Assembly (NCBI GenBank): GCA_043228905.1
Contig: JBHGNT010000008.1
Coordinates: 10,106,001-10,170,000 of the forward strand
From: Azolla caroliniana
Taxonomy: Eukaryota; Plantae; Polypodiophyta
Length of the DNA stretch: 64,000 nucleotides
Direction: 5' to 3'
Shown here: positions 37,301 through 51,018 of the stretch, one piece after another
Layout of the letters: each line of letters starts with the position of its first letter
Position numbering within the stretch: position 1 is the stretch's first letter
The notes under the pieces: generated by a model
Databases searched by the model: none
The model's input: the letters and a program-made list of their open reading frames with translations, nothing else
What the model was told of the DNA's origin: nothing
Translations under genes and position numbers: made by a program

Positions 37301-39947
37301 CGAAGGTTATAGCACTTATAACCCTTCTACTTGTCCGAGTAACCGACCAAGATGCATTTCTCGGCCTTTGCGTCCAACTTCCTCCTTTTCTCCTTCGGTA
37401 TATGCACATACGCAATGCTACCGAACACCCTCAAGTGTCGCAAGTTCGGCTTCGTTCCGAAATATAGCTCGTGTGCCGACACTTTGTCTCCGATCCGGTT
37501 CTGGATGTATACCGCGGTCCTTACCGCCTCGGCCCAGTAGAACTTGGGCAAGCTCTTCTCCTCCATCATTGCCCGTGCCGCTTCCACAACTGACTGATTC
37601 TTCCTCTCGGCCACACCGTTTTGCTCCGGCGTGTATCTACAACTGAATTCACGCCGAATTCCCATTTGTTGTAGATAACCGTTGAATTGACCGGAGAAGT
37701 ACTCTTTCCCGCCATCCGACCGCAGGCACTTGATCTTTCGTCCCGTTTCCGTTTCCACGAACCCTTTGAGGTCCTGAAAGCAGTCGAAGACTTCGTTCTT
37801 CCTCTCAATGAGGTAGATCCACGTGTGCCGTGTGTGGTCGTCGATGAAGGAGACGAAATATCGGCTCCCACCAAGACTAACGTTTTGTGCCAGCCCCCAT
37901 ACATCGGAGTGTATAATGTCGAGCTTGTTCCGTCTCCGGTTTCGCTCGTTGGGGAAAGGAAGTCGGTGTTGCTTCCCGAGCTGGCAGGCTTCACAAATTT
38001 GTGCCTTTCGGCCACTAAATTTGGGCAATCCGAACACTACCTGTTTCGATTGCAGATCTTGAAGCCGCTGTGGTTGACGTGGCCTATCCGCTTGTGCCAC
38101 AAGTCGATGTCCGACTCAGATTTTATTCCCTTCGCGAACATTGCGGTGCCGCCGTCAGTGGAGTCGAGGATGAACATCCTCCCGTCTCTGCACCCTTGCG
38201 CAATCACACAGCCTTCTTCCTCAATGAAGCACCCGAGGTGTGTAAACCGAACCTCCATCCCTTGGTCGACGATCTGTCCGACCGAGACCAAGTTTTTCGT
38301 GATTGTCGGAACGTGCAACACGTTCATGAGTTTCCCTTTCTGCCCGACATGGCTAAGGGGAACTTCTCCGACATTCGCGATCAGATGCGGAGTGTTGTCT
38401 CCAGTTGCGACTACTCCAGGTTGTATCAGTTTTTCAAGGTACGAGAACCACTCCTTATGGCTCGTCCTGTGGTTTGACGCGCCGGAGTCTACGTACCACA
38501 CCTCGTCCGATCTCGGGGTGCTCTGTTTCATTGAGTTAGCTTTGTGTCTCGTCACGAAGGCAGACCCTTCTCCGGCTCTCCCGGAGTCTTCGGCGTAGTG
38601 CGATTGCTGCCGATTTCCCTTGTCAGTATGTCTAGAGACGTTTCCGGAACCGGTTCTCTCCGAATCGGTGCGCTTCTTCCAGCACTCACTTTCCCTGTGG
38701 CCTTTCTTGCTACAGTACCGGCACTCCGCGATGGCCTTCCCTTGCCGGTTTTCATCGCTTCGACTCCCCCTGTTTCCGGAGGGTCCGGAGTTGATGTCGG
38801 CATCAGTTTGGTGCCTTCTTCCTTGATCTCGTTGGCCGCCTCCATTGCGCGCCGAGTCGCCTCGTCCTCCACGTCCACGGGGCCTATCTCCCTTTGTGTA
38901 CAACATTCTGCTGTCGGTGTGCGTGCTTGTAGACGCACCCGCGTGGTTCTCCTCTACCAGGAGCATTGACTGTAAGTCAAAAAAGGACGGCGTATTCTCC
39001 CGGGTACACATAGCCGTTCGGAACGCTCCGAACTTCGACGCCAAACCTCCCAGACAGATATGGATCATCTCGCTCTCCTCGATGTTCACCTCTATGGAGG
39101 CGAGGGAGTCGCAAATATCCTTGATCTTCGAGGTATAGTCCGCCACCGACAAGTCGCGTTGTCGTAGGTTGCTCAACTCTTGTCGGAGCTTAAGCTTCCT
39201 AGTTGTGGTGCTCGCGGCGAAAATCTTCTTCAGATTTTCCCACGCACCCTTCGGCGTCTTTGCATCCCGAACATAGCTCAATAGCTGTTCGCCTACACAC
39301 GACGCGAAACAATATAATACCCTGCTTGCTGATTGCTCCCATGACGGGAAGTCTCTGTGTGTCGATTCGAGTGCCGCGTCATTAGCTCCTTCGATATAAC
39401 TCCAGTAGCCGTGCCCGAGCAGGTACTGGTGCATCTTGTAGGACCAAGACGCGTAGTTGCTTCTGTCAAGCTTCTCTATTGGAAGCGAGCTCGCCATGCC
39501 TCTATCCATCGTTCTTCTTCGTCAAGCTGTGTTGGCTGCAGAGAGGTTCTCAACCCTCGCGCTCTGATACCATGTAGAAAGTAGTGTGCAGAAGCAAGTA
39601 TAAAGACAAAACAGAAGGAAGAACACTCAGGTTTAATGGAGAGCTTGAGCTTACGCAGTATACACGGGAGAGACCGAGAGAGTAAGAGAGAAGACACCAA
39701 AAAGAGAATATATTCAAGAAAGACAAAAAACAATACATATATGTGTTCAATGAACACTTTGTACAAGTCCAAGAAGGATTGACCGAAGTATTGACAGTAC
39801 TTCAATGCTCATTAAGAGCTCCTACACTAACTCCCAAATATATTCCTCACGGAATATCTTTCCTAACGGCCTAACCGATCGGTCCCAACCGATCCGGTCC
39901 TCGGCTTCTTCAGCCGATCCGGTCGATGTTGAGCTTGTCTCTCAACA
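34370..39947 (-). mobile_element. Copia D, full length (5578 bp)
   Basis: 375-bp LTRs at 34370-34744 and 39573-39947 (14 mismatches); TSD ATATG; PBS-Met at 39572-39561; gag (CRYCSKKGHRESEC), PR (VDSGAS), IN, RT, RH with a few breaks. Confidence 0.97.
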
Positions 39948-40159
39948 ATATGAAACCATAACTTTACTTTTTCTCAAACATATTGATCAAACAAATGACA
40001 ACCTATTTTATATTTACATTTGAAATGTAAGACATCATCTATTCACATATTCTTACCCAAATCAAAATAAAATAAAATAAATCATTTTGTTATTGCAATG
40101 TCTACTTAAAAAACTTATTACAATAAATGTTACTCTCATAAAGACCAACTATATAAAAA

Positions 40160-41437
40160 GAAAACCCTAAGAAGTTGCCTTTCTCCCAAATCTCTTTGTA
40201 GTGCTTAATGATGGTCCATCTAAAATTTTAGAAACAAAGTTGTGTAATCTTGGTCCACCACACATTTTAATCATGACAAAAATTGCCTTAGATGTGTCTT
40301 TAAATCATAATTGTCCATGTGGCTTTCGAGTAAGCTTTTGTGCAACATCTGTCAAGAAATCCCATAATGCATTCTTTCCACCAAATTTTCCAGCTCAATG
40401 AGCCTCAATAATGTTATTACAAAATCTTCGAACATCCTTCCATTCCACACTCTCAACGGATGCTTCCTTGAGAGTCATTACCTTTACTGAAAGCATTGCA
40501 ACTTTGCAAGCTAGCCACCATATTTGTGTATGAGCACAACGGATGGTTTGCTTAGAACTTGACATTTCCTTTCTTGTCTCTTCTTGACTAAGATAATCTA
40601 GTCACCTACCCTCCCCAGTTCCTCGATTACCTCTTTTGACTTTAGCCCTATACTCCCTATACACCCTCATATGGAAATCATTACATTTTGGAATTTCATT
40701 ACATTTTTCACATGTAAGATTATGAAAGGGTTCTTCAATCTTCGATACTCTTTTTCAATCAAAATGGCCAAAACATCCATCAACACTCTTGCATCTCATA
40801 CATCACAACAACTTTGGTGTAAGGCTCAGAGAACCATAAGGTGCCATGATTTTGATCGATGAGAAATTATTTACATGTATTTCTTCATCATTTATCAATA
40901 TGCTATTATGCCAATATCCCCAACACAATAGTGACAAACCAAAATAATGTGGAGTAAAGAACTCACATTCTTGACTAGACGAAAGTCGCAAGGTTAAAAC
41001 AAGAAATTTGCTCAAGGTTTGTTGATTTGAAGGTAAAGCTTCTTGTTTTCGTGGACGACCCAGAAATCCACTCATTATTGGCATGTCGGACCATCTCCAT
41101 CGACGTTAGATGGGTCTTGGATTCTATGTGTTGAAAAAAAATTGTTGACAAATCACTCCATGGAGGGCATAATGGTAACCAAGATCCATCAATCTTGCAT
41201 TTTACCTTCACCATTGCCTTATCTTTATATCCATGAAGTGTTGCCTTTATAAATCAAATTCTGCATCTATAAAAAAATAGTTTTCACATATGAATAATGT
41301 GCTAATATATGTGAAAACTGGTTTTTTAGGTAACCAAGTTGAAATAATTGAATAATCTGCTAATAATGTTTTAGATAGGCCTCGTCATCTATTTTAGACA
41401 AGTTTATTGATTCATCTTGTTGGCTTAACCCCCTTCG
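40160..41437 (-). pseudogene. Putative transposase-like gene, downstream segment
   Basis: Decayed frames: KVKCKIDG..LCPP...QHIESKTH; LCWGYW; TCEKCNEIP..NDFHMRVYRE; GKFGGKNALWDFLTDVAQ...IKMCGGPRLHNFVSKILDGPSLSTTKR. No catalytic domain visible. Confidence 0.6.
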
Positions 41438-41454
41438 AGCATAATATCGTTTTT

Positions 41455-44400
41455 TTTTTCCATAAAACATATGCTCCATTAGTATTAATAAAAAGCTCGA
41501 AGGCAGTATACAAATAGTACATAATATTGTTTCATCTCCACCAATATATCTGAACTGATTCTAGCATTTGTAAAAACTGTTGGGAAAAAAAACAGCCATA
41601 AAACACAGCATTGATTCCAGTTATCTATTGCAGAAAACAAAATTTCGAGATCTTAGAACAGAACTCCATAGAAAACTTATATTTCACATGATATTCCATG
41701 TCCTCCGTCTTTCCAATCATATGTGTCAGGTGTGGAGCTGTAAGAAGATTCACCATCCCAAAAGAAACAGTTGCAAACAGATCTGAACTGATTATAGCAT
41801 TTGTAAAAACTGTTGGGGAGAAAAAAAAAACAGACCATGAAAATGAAATGTACTATACTAATCTCCACCTCTCACCCCATTTGCTTTGATCCCCACAACT
41901 TATTCACTCTCCCTTCATGGTGTGCTTCGGCCCCCTCACCATCATCACTCCTAAAAACCAAATTGCTTCATTCAATCCACCTCCACCATCTCGCGGAATG
42001 CCACCAATGTCCTGTGGAATTAACAACAAAATAAGTAAAAAAATACCTCATCTCCTCATGAGCTGCTTCGATCCCCCCTACCATCATCACTCCTAAAACA
42101 GACACATTGCTTCCTTTAGTCCACATCCACCCACCATCTCGCCGAATACCACCAATGTCCTGTGCAATGAATCAACAAAAATGAGAAATTGTTCCTCATC
42201 CCCTCATGATTTGCTTCGTTCCCCCGCACCATCGTCACTCCTAAAAACAGAGAAATTGCTTCAATCAAACCACATCCACCATCTCGCCGAATACCACCTC
42301 TGACCTATACAAATAACAACAAAAACAAGTGAATAATGGTTCCTCATCCCCTCATGATTTGCTTTTGTCCCCCCCACCATCATCACTCCTAAAAACAAAC
42401 AAATTGCTTCAATCAATCCACATCCACCATCTCGCCGAGTACCGCCAATATCCTGTGCAATTAACAACAAAATAAGTGAACAATGATTCCTCTCCCCTCC
42501 GGATCTGCTTCAGCCCTCGCACCAACACCACTCATCCTCACACCATGACAAAGTTGCTTCAAATCCCACTGCCATCATCCCGCAACCTATGAGAACCATA
42601 ATATCTGTCTTAAATCAGCCCATATCTGGGGTATCTTGCTTCCCCTATTCCATCTCACCGATTAACGCGGCCCTGTAATCACAACAAAAAATGAGGGAAA
42701 ACCATTTCTCGCCTTCTCATAATAATCTGCTTCAGCCCCGACTCCAACATCACTCATCCTAACCACAAAAAACAGAAAAACGGCTTCTTCATGTCCCCAT
42801 CTACCATCTCGCTATCTCCGATTCGACAATCATGTTACACTAACAACCAACAAACGAGTAGAAAACAAACAGAAATCCTCACCTTCTCCTAGTAATCTTC
42901 GACAACCCCCACCAACATCAGTCATCCTAATCACAAAACAACTTAAACCTATTTCAACCTGTCCACATCCACCATGTCAATGTCTCTGATTATCACACGA
43001 AATCTGCCTCATACCACTAAAATCTTCTTATACTAGTCTGATTCAGCATCCAGAATATCATCCCATTTCCTCATATCTTCTTCTAGCATATGTATATCTT
43101 ACCTACATTAAAATAAGCTTCCTACATGCCGCCACCGTCTCCTCCCTGTTATCTCATGTTGTTCGCCATAAGAATGGTACTGGTGGTGGGAACAACCAAC
43201 GAGGTGGCACATAATTCCACCTAACCTCCGTGCTTGCATCTAACATTATAGGAATAGCTGACCAAACTCGTCGTAATCTCTTTCTTTTTCGAATGGCTGT
43301 GTTTCCATAGCCTTTATACCTGTCATACTCACCTTTAACTGAATGTACTAATAAATTCCAAAAAGACTTTACTTGATCCACAACGTGAATGTCTTCATCA
43401 TTGTATAACTTGGAGCACCTAGCTTTCCAAAGAACCCATAGAGACAACGAAGAGACAATCTGCCAAACATAACTCCGCGAGAAGAACTTGACTCCCTGCA
43501 AGGAACTTGAAGTAGAATATACCTGAAAACTTCTTACATATAAAGACAATGAAGAATGATTATAATGATAAAAAGCCCTTTGTTGATCCAACATTCCCCA
43601 AAAGACTGCACCCCACGTAAAAATAGCAGACCTATACTTACGACCTAGAAGCCTAAGAATTCGACACCAAAAACTTTTTGCGGAAACACATTCCCAAAAT
43701 GCATTATGCAATGTCTAATCCACAAACCCACACATAATACATGACCGATTACTCACCGATCCCCTCAATAAATGGCCTATTGGCAATGCATAATGAATCA
43801 TCAACCACCGAAAATGCAATATCTTATTCATGCATTTAATAGACCAAAACTGTTTCCAAAACATAACCATTTGAGTAGATGAAACATTACCTTCCTCCCA
43901 ATACTTTTTTCCAGCAGGTATCGGCTCGGTCTGCCTCAACATAAAATTCCTGCCAAACGCTACTGAATATTTGAAAAAAGGAAGGAGCTTAGTCGAAGAG
44001 TCAGATATAGATAATTTCCAACCATAATCCGTTGGATCCCACTGCAGGTCATGAATAGGTTTAGAGTCTAACACCGAAATATGAGATGAAAAATTAACTA
44101 TTAGTGGACTAGGATCAATATATATATTTTTATCTAATCTAGCAATTACTCGCACTGGCAATTGCTTCGCAGCCAACATGATTTGAGACTCCTCATCCAC
44201 TAGTATCAACCTACCATTGTCCAACACTTCATAAAAATAAATGCTACCATTTTGATCATATAACCGAGCTCCTATAAGTATATTGAGTGTCAAGAACATA
44301 CCGTACCAACTCTGAAAATGATCGAATTGCAATGTAGGCACTGTGACCTGATACACCCTGGACAATTGTGATAACATGATCTTAGCCCCTCTTAAGTTAG

Positions 44401-46939
44401 ATAACCTATTACTTTGCTCCAACGTAGAGGACTGCATAAACCTTATCCAATCCGCAACCGTACGAGCTGGTCCACTATCCATTGTAGCCCATGATAACCT
44501 AGGGCGTAAACCCAAAACACATGCAGCTTCATTAGTAAATAAAGGATTCCATATCAATGGTTGACGCATAAATTGATGATAGCTTTTCGGTGGCAAGAAA
44601 ACAAGCACTTGCCGAAGAGTTTCCCATGCCCGAAAAATTCCATTGAAGAAGCGCAATGATCCATCATTGGACTTAGGTAGCTGGAAATCTGCATTGAAGA
44701 ACCATTTAAGACTATCCTTCCATTGACCACCTACCGAAGGCTTGACCTTATATAGATGTTGCATCCATAGTTTTTTCCATAACTCTTGTCCTGGCAATAA
44801 ACTCCTAACAACATGTTTAGTAAGTAAAGCTTTGCTTTGCATAAATGGATCAATCAAACCTAAACCATCTTTTTGTTTAGGTTGTATCAGAATAGACCAA
44901 GCTACCTTTGCTACAGGATTGACTGACCTATTGTTCCCCCAAATAAAATTCCGTACTAAACGTTGAACTTTCAACATTATTGACCTAGAAAACAACCATG
45001 TAGATGCTATATACAAAATCGAGGACAACAACACCGCATTAGCTACAACTACACGTCCTGCTAAAGATAATTTTTCTTTATTCCAATATACTAATTTATT
45101 TCTTAATCTTAACAATAAGGGTGCAATCATATCTTTTGACTTTAATCCCACACCCACTCGACAACCTAAATACCTAATGGACTAACCTTGTGGTATCCAT
45201 GTGAATCCTAAAGAGGGTACATTAACTAGCGGATCTCCCTAAGCGACCCAACAACCTGATGACTTATCCCAATTTATCAATGCACCCGATGCATCTGAGA
45301 AATCATCCACGGCCTTTTGCACATGAAACAAATTACCATGTGAGGCCTGAACATATAAAGTTGTATCATCAGCGAATTCACAATCCACATTTGCGTTTGC
45401 TACTGGTAGTGCTAAACCTTTAATATTTACATATGGAGAATTTAAATGTACAGAGAATGCTTTGGTACTAACAAAAACAGGAAAGGAGCAAGTGGACATC
45501 CCTGGCATACAGATCTTGAAATAAAAAAATGCCTACCAATGTCCCCTGCAAATAATAGAGAACTACTTGCATTACGATATAATGCTGAAACTCCTCGTAT
45601 CCAATTACTTGGAAAACCCATCCTAACGAGTGTTCCCTCCATAAAATCCCAATCCACTCTGTCGTAAGCTTTTTCAAAATCAAGAAATAACACCGCCAAA
45701 TCTTGTTTCTGCGCTTCAGCGATGGTCACCATTTCCCAAAAGAGAATAATATTATCAAAAATACTTCACTCTTGCAAAAAACATGTCTGGGTATCATGAA
45801 TCAACTCCGAAAGATAAGGTTGTAACCGTCTAGCTATCGTTTTTGCTAATATCTTATAAATAACATTCAACAAGGTAATTGGTCTCCACTGGCTAAGCTC
45901 TTCTAACTGTCCACTTGTTTTAGGAATCATATAGATTAAACCCTCCTTCCATTCTTGGGGCATATTTCCAGAATCTAAAATTTGTTGATAGGCCTTAGTC
46001 AGCCCATCACCTATCAAATCCCAATACTGGATATACCATTGAACTCCCAACCCATCCACACCAGGACAAACATCCTTTGCAAGGGCTTTTACTGCTTTAA
46101 AAACCTCTTGAGTACTTAATGGTTGTAAAAGACAACGTAAAAGATTTCTAGAAACCCTATTCTGAACCCTAGACCATATAATGTCCCTCTTAACCATATC
46201 ATCCTTAGAAAATGGTCTAGCTTTTAACAAAGCTTCATAATAATCAGAGGCTATTTGTCGCATCTGGCTAGGATCCGTGGTATAAGAGCCATCAAGACAT
46301 CTTAATCTAGATATCCTCGCTGATGACTTATGATGATTATGCACTACAAAGAACAACTTGTTGACTTTATCTCCCGATTCTGCCCATGTGGATGATGTAT
46401 TGTGATAGTTAAAATCAACAGAAATCTTTTGTAAGTCCAATATTTGATTCCCTACTTGAACCACTCGAGCACTTATATAACTTGAATGTGGTCTTCTCTC
46501 TTGCAAATGTTGCAGGGATTCCAATCCCCTACGCAGCCTACCTATTTTAGTTAAAGATGCATAAAATACTTGTTTAGCCTTCTTGTAAAAAATTGTTGTG
46601 TTTCACTAATAGCCTTGTGAACACTAGATAATGCATAATCATAGGAGTAGTCATACTTATTCCAAATATTATGCATCGTAGGGGAACAATCTGGGCTAAG
46701 AAACACATGATTCGGAATTCTAAACCTTGAGTTCTTATACTGCTCCTGTAAGACTATAACTAACTGAAGCGGTGCATGATCAGAAAAGGAAAATGAAGGT
46801 ATGATTCCAATGGAACCTCCTTTGTCCCACAAAAACTTATCAGCATAAAATCTATCTAACCTAGACAAATTTGCATGTGATTGTCTTCTATCTGATCTTG
46901 AATACTCTAAGGAATCTTGTATCCTTGTAAAAGAAGACA
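41455..46939 (-). mobile_element. 5'-truncated L1-clade LINE with 1.7-kb 3' region and poly(A)
   Basis: EN end (SRLDRFY, SDHAP), RT (WRPITLLN, LDFEKAYD, QGCPLAP, FADD), zf-RVT-like C-terminus ending at 43154; poly(A) at 41459-41450; 17-bp TSD AGCATAATATCGTTTTT at 41438-41454 and 46940-46956. Confidence 0.93.
41860..43000. repeat. Tandem array, unit about 145 bp, about 7 diverging copies, inside the LINE 3' region
   Basis: CCATCATCACTCCTAAAA...TTGCTTC...CCACCATCTCGC recurs at about 41939, 42081, 42229, 42376, 42521, 42746 and 42912. Confidence 0.88.
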
Positions 46940-47577
46940 AGCATAATATCGTTTTTCATGACTTTGACTCTTAATATGACTTCTAAAAAAATTATTAAGA
47001 CGCACATTTGCTACTTTTGCTTCCATAGAACCAGCACCATAGGGTTCTCCACCCTCATTGCACCATAATCTTATGACTGTTTTTCGATAAAAATCCTCAA
47101 CCTTCAACTCAAATTTATAATCTCGAGGAATTGTAACATTACTTAATTTTACACGTATCCTATTACATTCTATCATCCATTACCTAAAACATCTCTAGGA
47201 ATCTTATCCTTGATTGTTTCAATTGGAGATGTAACTTTAAAATTGTCCCCGGCTTGACCCAACAATGAACCCTCAACATTAGTGCATGATTCTTTTGAAG
47301 AGACTTTTTGTTTATCAATACTAGGCTTGATATAGACTTTATTTTCTTTTAAACGCCATTTGTCTTCTTGTTTCCCATTCAAAATATTATTTTTTCTGTA
47401 CACAAAGGAAAATGGTTCATAAAATATACCGTCCTCAATTATTTTGACTCGGATCTTTGCATATGTAAGAGTTCCTCTCACACTTACAATGCCCAAAGGT
47501 TTATCTTCATCATCCCTCTCATGTTCAAACACTTCAATAATAGATTCTTCATCCAATCTACACATAGAATGGCCCAC
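46940..47577 (-). pseudogene. Putative transposase-like gene, 5' segment
   Basis: ORFs 47577-47173 and 47176 onward (IRLWCNEG...NNFFRSHIKSQSH); joins in frame across the L1 TSD: SHEKRYYA|RRGLSQQ. Confidence 0.6.
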
Positions 47578-47761
47578 CTATCACTTTTCATATAACCATA
47601 CATCATATATATGTGTGTATGTGTGCATTGTGAATGTGGTATTCATGTGTGATTTGTGTGTATATATGTTCCATACATCATATATGTTTGTATATGCATG
47701 TGTGTTGTTTGTTATGTTTGTGTGTGTGTATGTATGTTCCATACATCGTATATGTTTGTAT

Positions 47762-47930
47762 CATAGTTCTAGCCATACGTCCCATTCGTGTCATACTCAA
47801 ACGCCAATATTCGTATCATACTCATACGTGAAAAGGCTCCAAGTATGATTGAAATCCATACGCGGTACATAGATATATTATATATACATATGGTGTATAT
47901 GGTGTACATAGTGTGTGTGTGTGTGTGAGG

Positions 47931-47967
<37 letters not shown>

Positions 47968-48346
47968 TGTGTGGTCTAGAGAGAGAAGCCCTGTTTTGCA
48001 TGTGTGAGGAGACAGTGATTGAGTGTATATCTAGACTCTAGAGAGAGAGAGAGAGAGGAGCTATGGGTTTTGTCTGTGTGAGGGAGTATGTAATATGTAT
48101 ATTAGATATCTAGATTTTGTAGAGAGAGAAAATCTGTCAGTTCTCGTGTGAGAGAGAGAGTGTGTGTGTGTATGTGTGTCAGATATCACTTCTATTCACA
48201 AAATATTATGAATATCAAAAATAAAAAAAACCCAAAAAAAGTCAAAAAAAAAAAAAGCCAAACGAATATCGCGTATCATACGCGTACGTTTGCAAACGTT
48301 CGCGTACGTCCAGTAAATTGGACGTACGCGAATATTAGGAACTATG
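47762..48346. mobile_element. Non-autonomous hAT-like MITE (585 bp)
   Basis: TIR CATAGTTC...GAACTATG; perfect 8-bp TSD GTTTGTAT; subterminal CGTATCATAC/CGCGTACG motifs. Confidence 0.88.
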
Positions 48347-48564
48347 GTTTGTATGTGGTATGCATGTGTGTTGTGTGTTATGTGTTATGTTTGTGTGTGT
48401 GTGTGTGTTTGCGCGCGCGCGCGCGCGTGTGTGTGTGTGTGTATAGGTATGTGTGTTATGTATGTACATATTGTATTGTATTTTATTTAATTGCATTTAT
48501 TGTATGTATAGCATGTGTGATGTGTGTTATGTTTGTGTGTGTGTGTGTGTATTCTATTGTATTC

Positions 48565-48603
<39 letters not shown>

Positions 48604-49001
48604 TCTATTGTATTCCATGTGTGTGTGTGTGTGTGTGTGTGTGTTTATGTATGTATTCTATTGTATTCCATGTGAATTTATGTGTTGGTTTATGTACGTG
48701 TGCATTATGTATGTATGATGTTTGTACTTATGAGTACTTGTAAAATATTTGTAGAGTTGTTGTGGCAGCCCCGAGAAAGAATAATGGTGAGCAAAAGCGG
48801 CATTACAAGGCGAATGGCGGCGGCGACGACAGCAAAACGAGAACAGGGGCGGCAAAACGAGAATAGAGGCGGCAAAACAAGACTAAAGGCGACAAAACGA
48901 GGACAGAAACAACAAGCGGAGAAGAGGCGACCGACAACAATGGGAGAGAAGAGGAGGTAGAGCAAAGGAGGAGGTGGCAAAAATCTAAATTAAAAAAAAC
49001 T

Positions 49002-49880
49002 TGAATGTTTGAATCTTATGTTTAGTATGTATGTATGTATGTATGTATGTGCACGGAATGTATGCATGTATGAATGAATGAATATATATATATGTAATGT
49101 ATGCATAAAATATGTATGCTTGCATGAATGAATGAATATATGAATGTACATATGTGTATATATGTAATATGTAATGTATGCATATTTGTATGTGTATGCA
49201 TATATGTGTGTTTGGATGTTTGTTTGTAATATGTATGTATGTATGTGTATGTATAATATATATTGTTCGTAAGCATGAGACTACGTTTAGTAACGATGCA
49301 TTCCCTTTTATATCTCTTTATCTCTCTTGTTCTCTCTTGTAGTTCATATGCCCGGGACTACACATGGTAGTCGGGATTTTGTATTTCATTTTTATTCATG
49401 TTGTATCTCCAACCCTACAGTCTATCGCATAGCACGGTGTTATATTTGTCACCAGCCTATGTACTCACCCCTTATAAAAATCTTTATATTCTAAGCCCTA
49501 CCCCTCCCTAACATTCTCCTATTTTCAGCCCTACCCCTCCCCTACTTTCTCCTATTTCTAGCCCTACCCCCCTTACTTTCTCTTATTTTTAGCAGTACCC
49601 CTTACCCATTTTTTCCTATTCTCACTCATACCCCTCTCCCAATTTTTTTTATTTTTTCTTTAGAATGTTTTCACTTATCACTTTTATAATTTAACTTAAA
49701 CATTCATACCCCTCATATATACATTTTACATACACATACATACGTATTACAAACAAACATCCACACACATATATACACACACATACAAATATACATACAT
49801 TACATATTACACATATACACATATGTACATTCATATATTCATTCATTCATGTTTATTCATGCAAACGTACATATTTTATG

Positions 49881-49925
<45 letters not shown>

Positions 49926-49999
49926 ATTCATTCATACATGCATACATTATGTGCACATACATACATACATTCATATTAAACATAACATTCAAACATTCA
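49002..49999. repeat. Inverted repeat (arms about 49002-49257 and 49724-49999) around a spacer with a minisatellite of about 32 bp (49494-49650)
   Basis: Arms align as reverse complements, including non-microsatellite words (TGAATGTTTGAAT, GTGCAC, GCATAAAATATGTA, GGATGTTTGTTTGTAAT). Confidence 0.85.
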
Positions 50000-50308
50000 T
50001 GTACGAATGTACATATGTGTATGCATATATGCATATGTCATGTATGTCATGTATGTGTATGTATGTCCATGTACGAATGTACATATGTGTATGCATATAT
50101 GCATATGCCATGTCTGTAATGTATGTGTATGCATATATGCATATGTAAATCTACATGATTCAATGTATGTGGATGTTTGATTGTAATATGTGCATAATAT
50201 CTATGTATATATGTGTATGTATATGTAGCAATGTATAAATTAATATATTTATGTCCATGTACAAATGTACATATATGTATGCATGTATCCATATGTAATG
50301 TATGTATG

Positions 50309-50339
<31 letters not shown>

Positions 50340-50973
50340 GTATGCATATATCCATATGTCAATGTACATGATTCAATGTATATGAATGTGTGATTGTAAT
50401 ATATGCATATGCAATGTATGTACATATGTGTATATATGGAATATGTAATGTATGTATGTTTGTATGTGTAACAGTGTGTGCATATATGCATACATGAGTG
50501 TGTGGACGTTTGTTCGTAATATATATGTATATATGTATATATGTATGTATGTATGTGTATGTAACGTATTTATGTGTATGGATGTATGTTTGTAAAACTT
50601 ATAAAATTGTAGGCATATGTATGTATATATATATGGTGATATGTGGAATATGTATGTATGTATGTGTATGCATATATGTATGTATATGTCAATATACATG
50701 ATTCAATGAGTATGAATGTGTTTGTAATATGTGCATAATATGTATGTATATATCCAATGTATGTATGTGTATGTATATGTGTGTATGTGTATGTGGTCAT
50801 ATGTATGTAAATGTATGAATGTATGTATGCATATATATGTAATGTATTTATGTCTGTATATTTTTGGGATATTTTCATGTTTAGTATGTATATGGCTTGT
50901 ATATGGATGTACGTTTGTAATATGTACGTAACATGCATGTATATATCCAATGTATGTGTAAGTATACATATAC

Positions 50974-51018
<45 letters not shown>

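Noticed and set aside
37687-38598. 303-aa plus-strand ORF
   Set aside because: Antisense shadow of GC-rich copia PR/IN; no independent motifs.
41860-43000. CRISPR-like or coding interpretation of the array
   Set aside because: Whole units are homologous with no unique spacers, the context is eukaryotic, and no sustained ORF exists.
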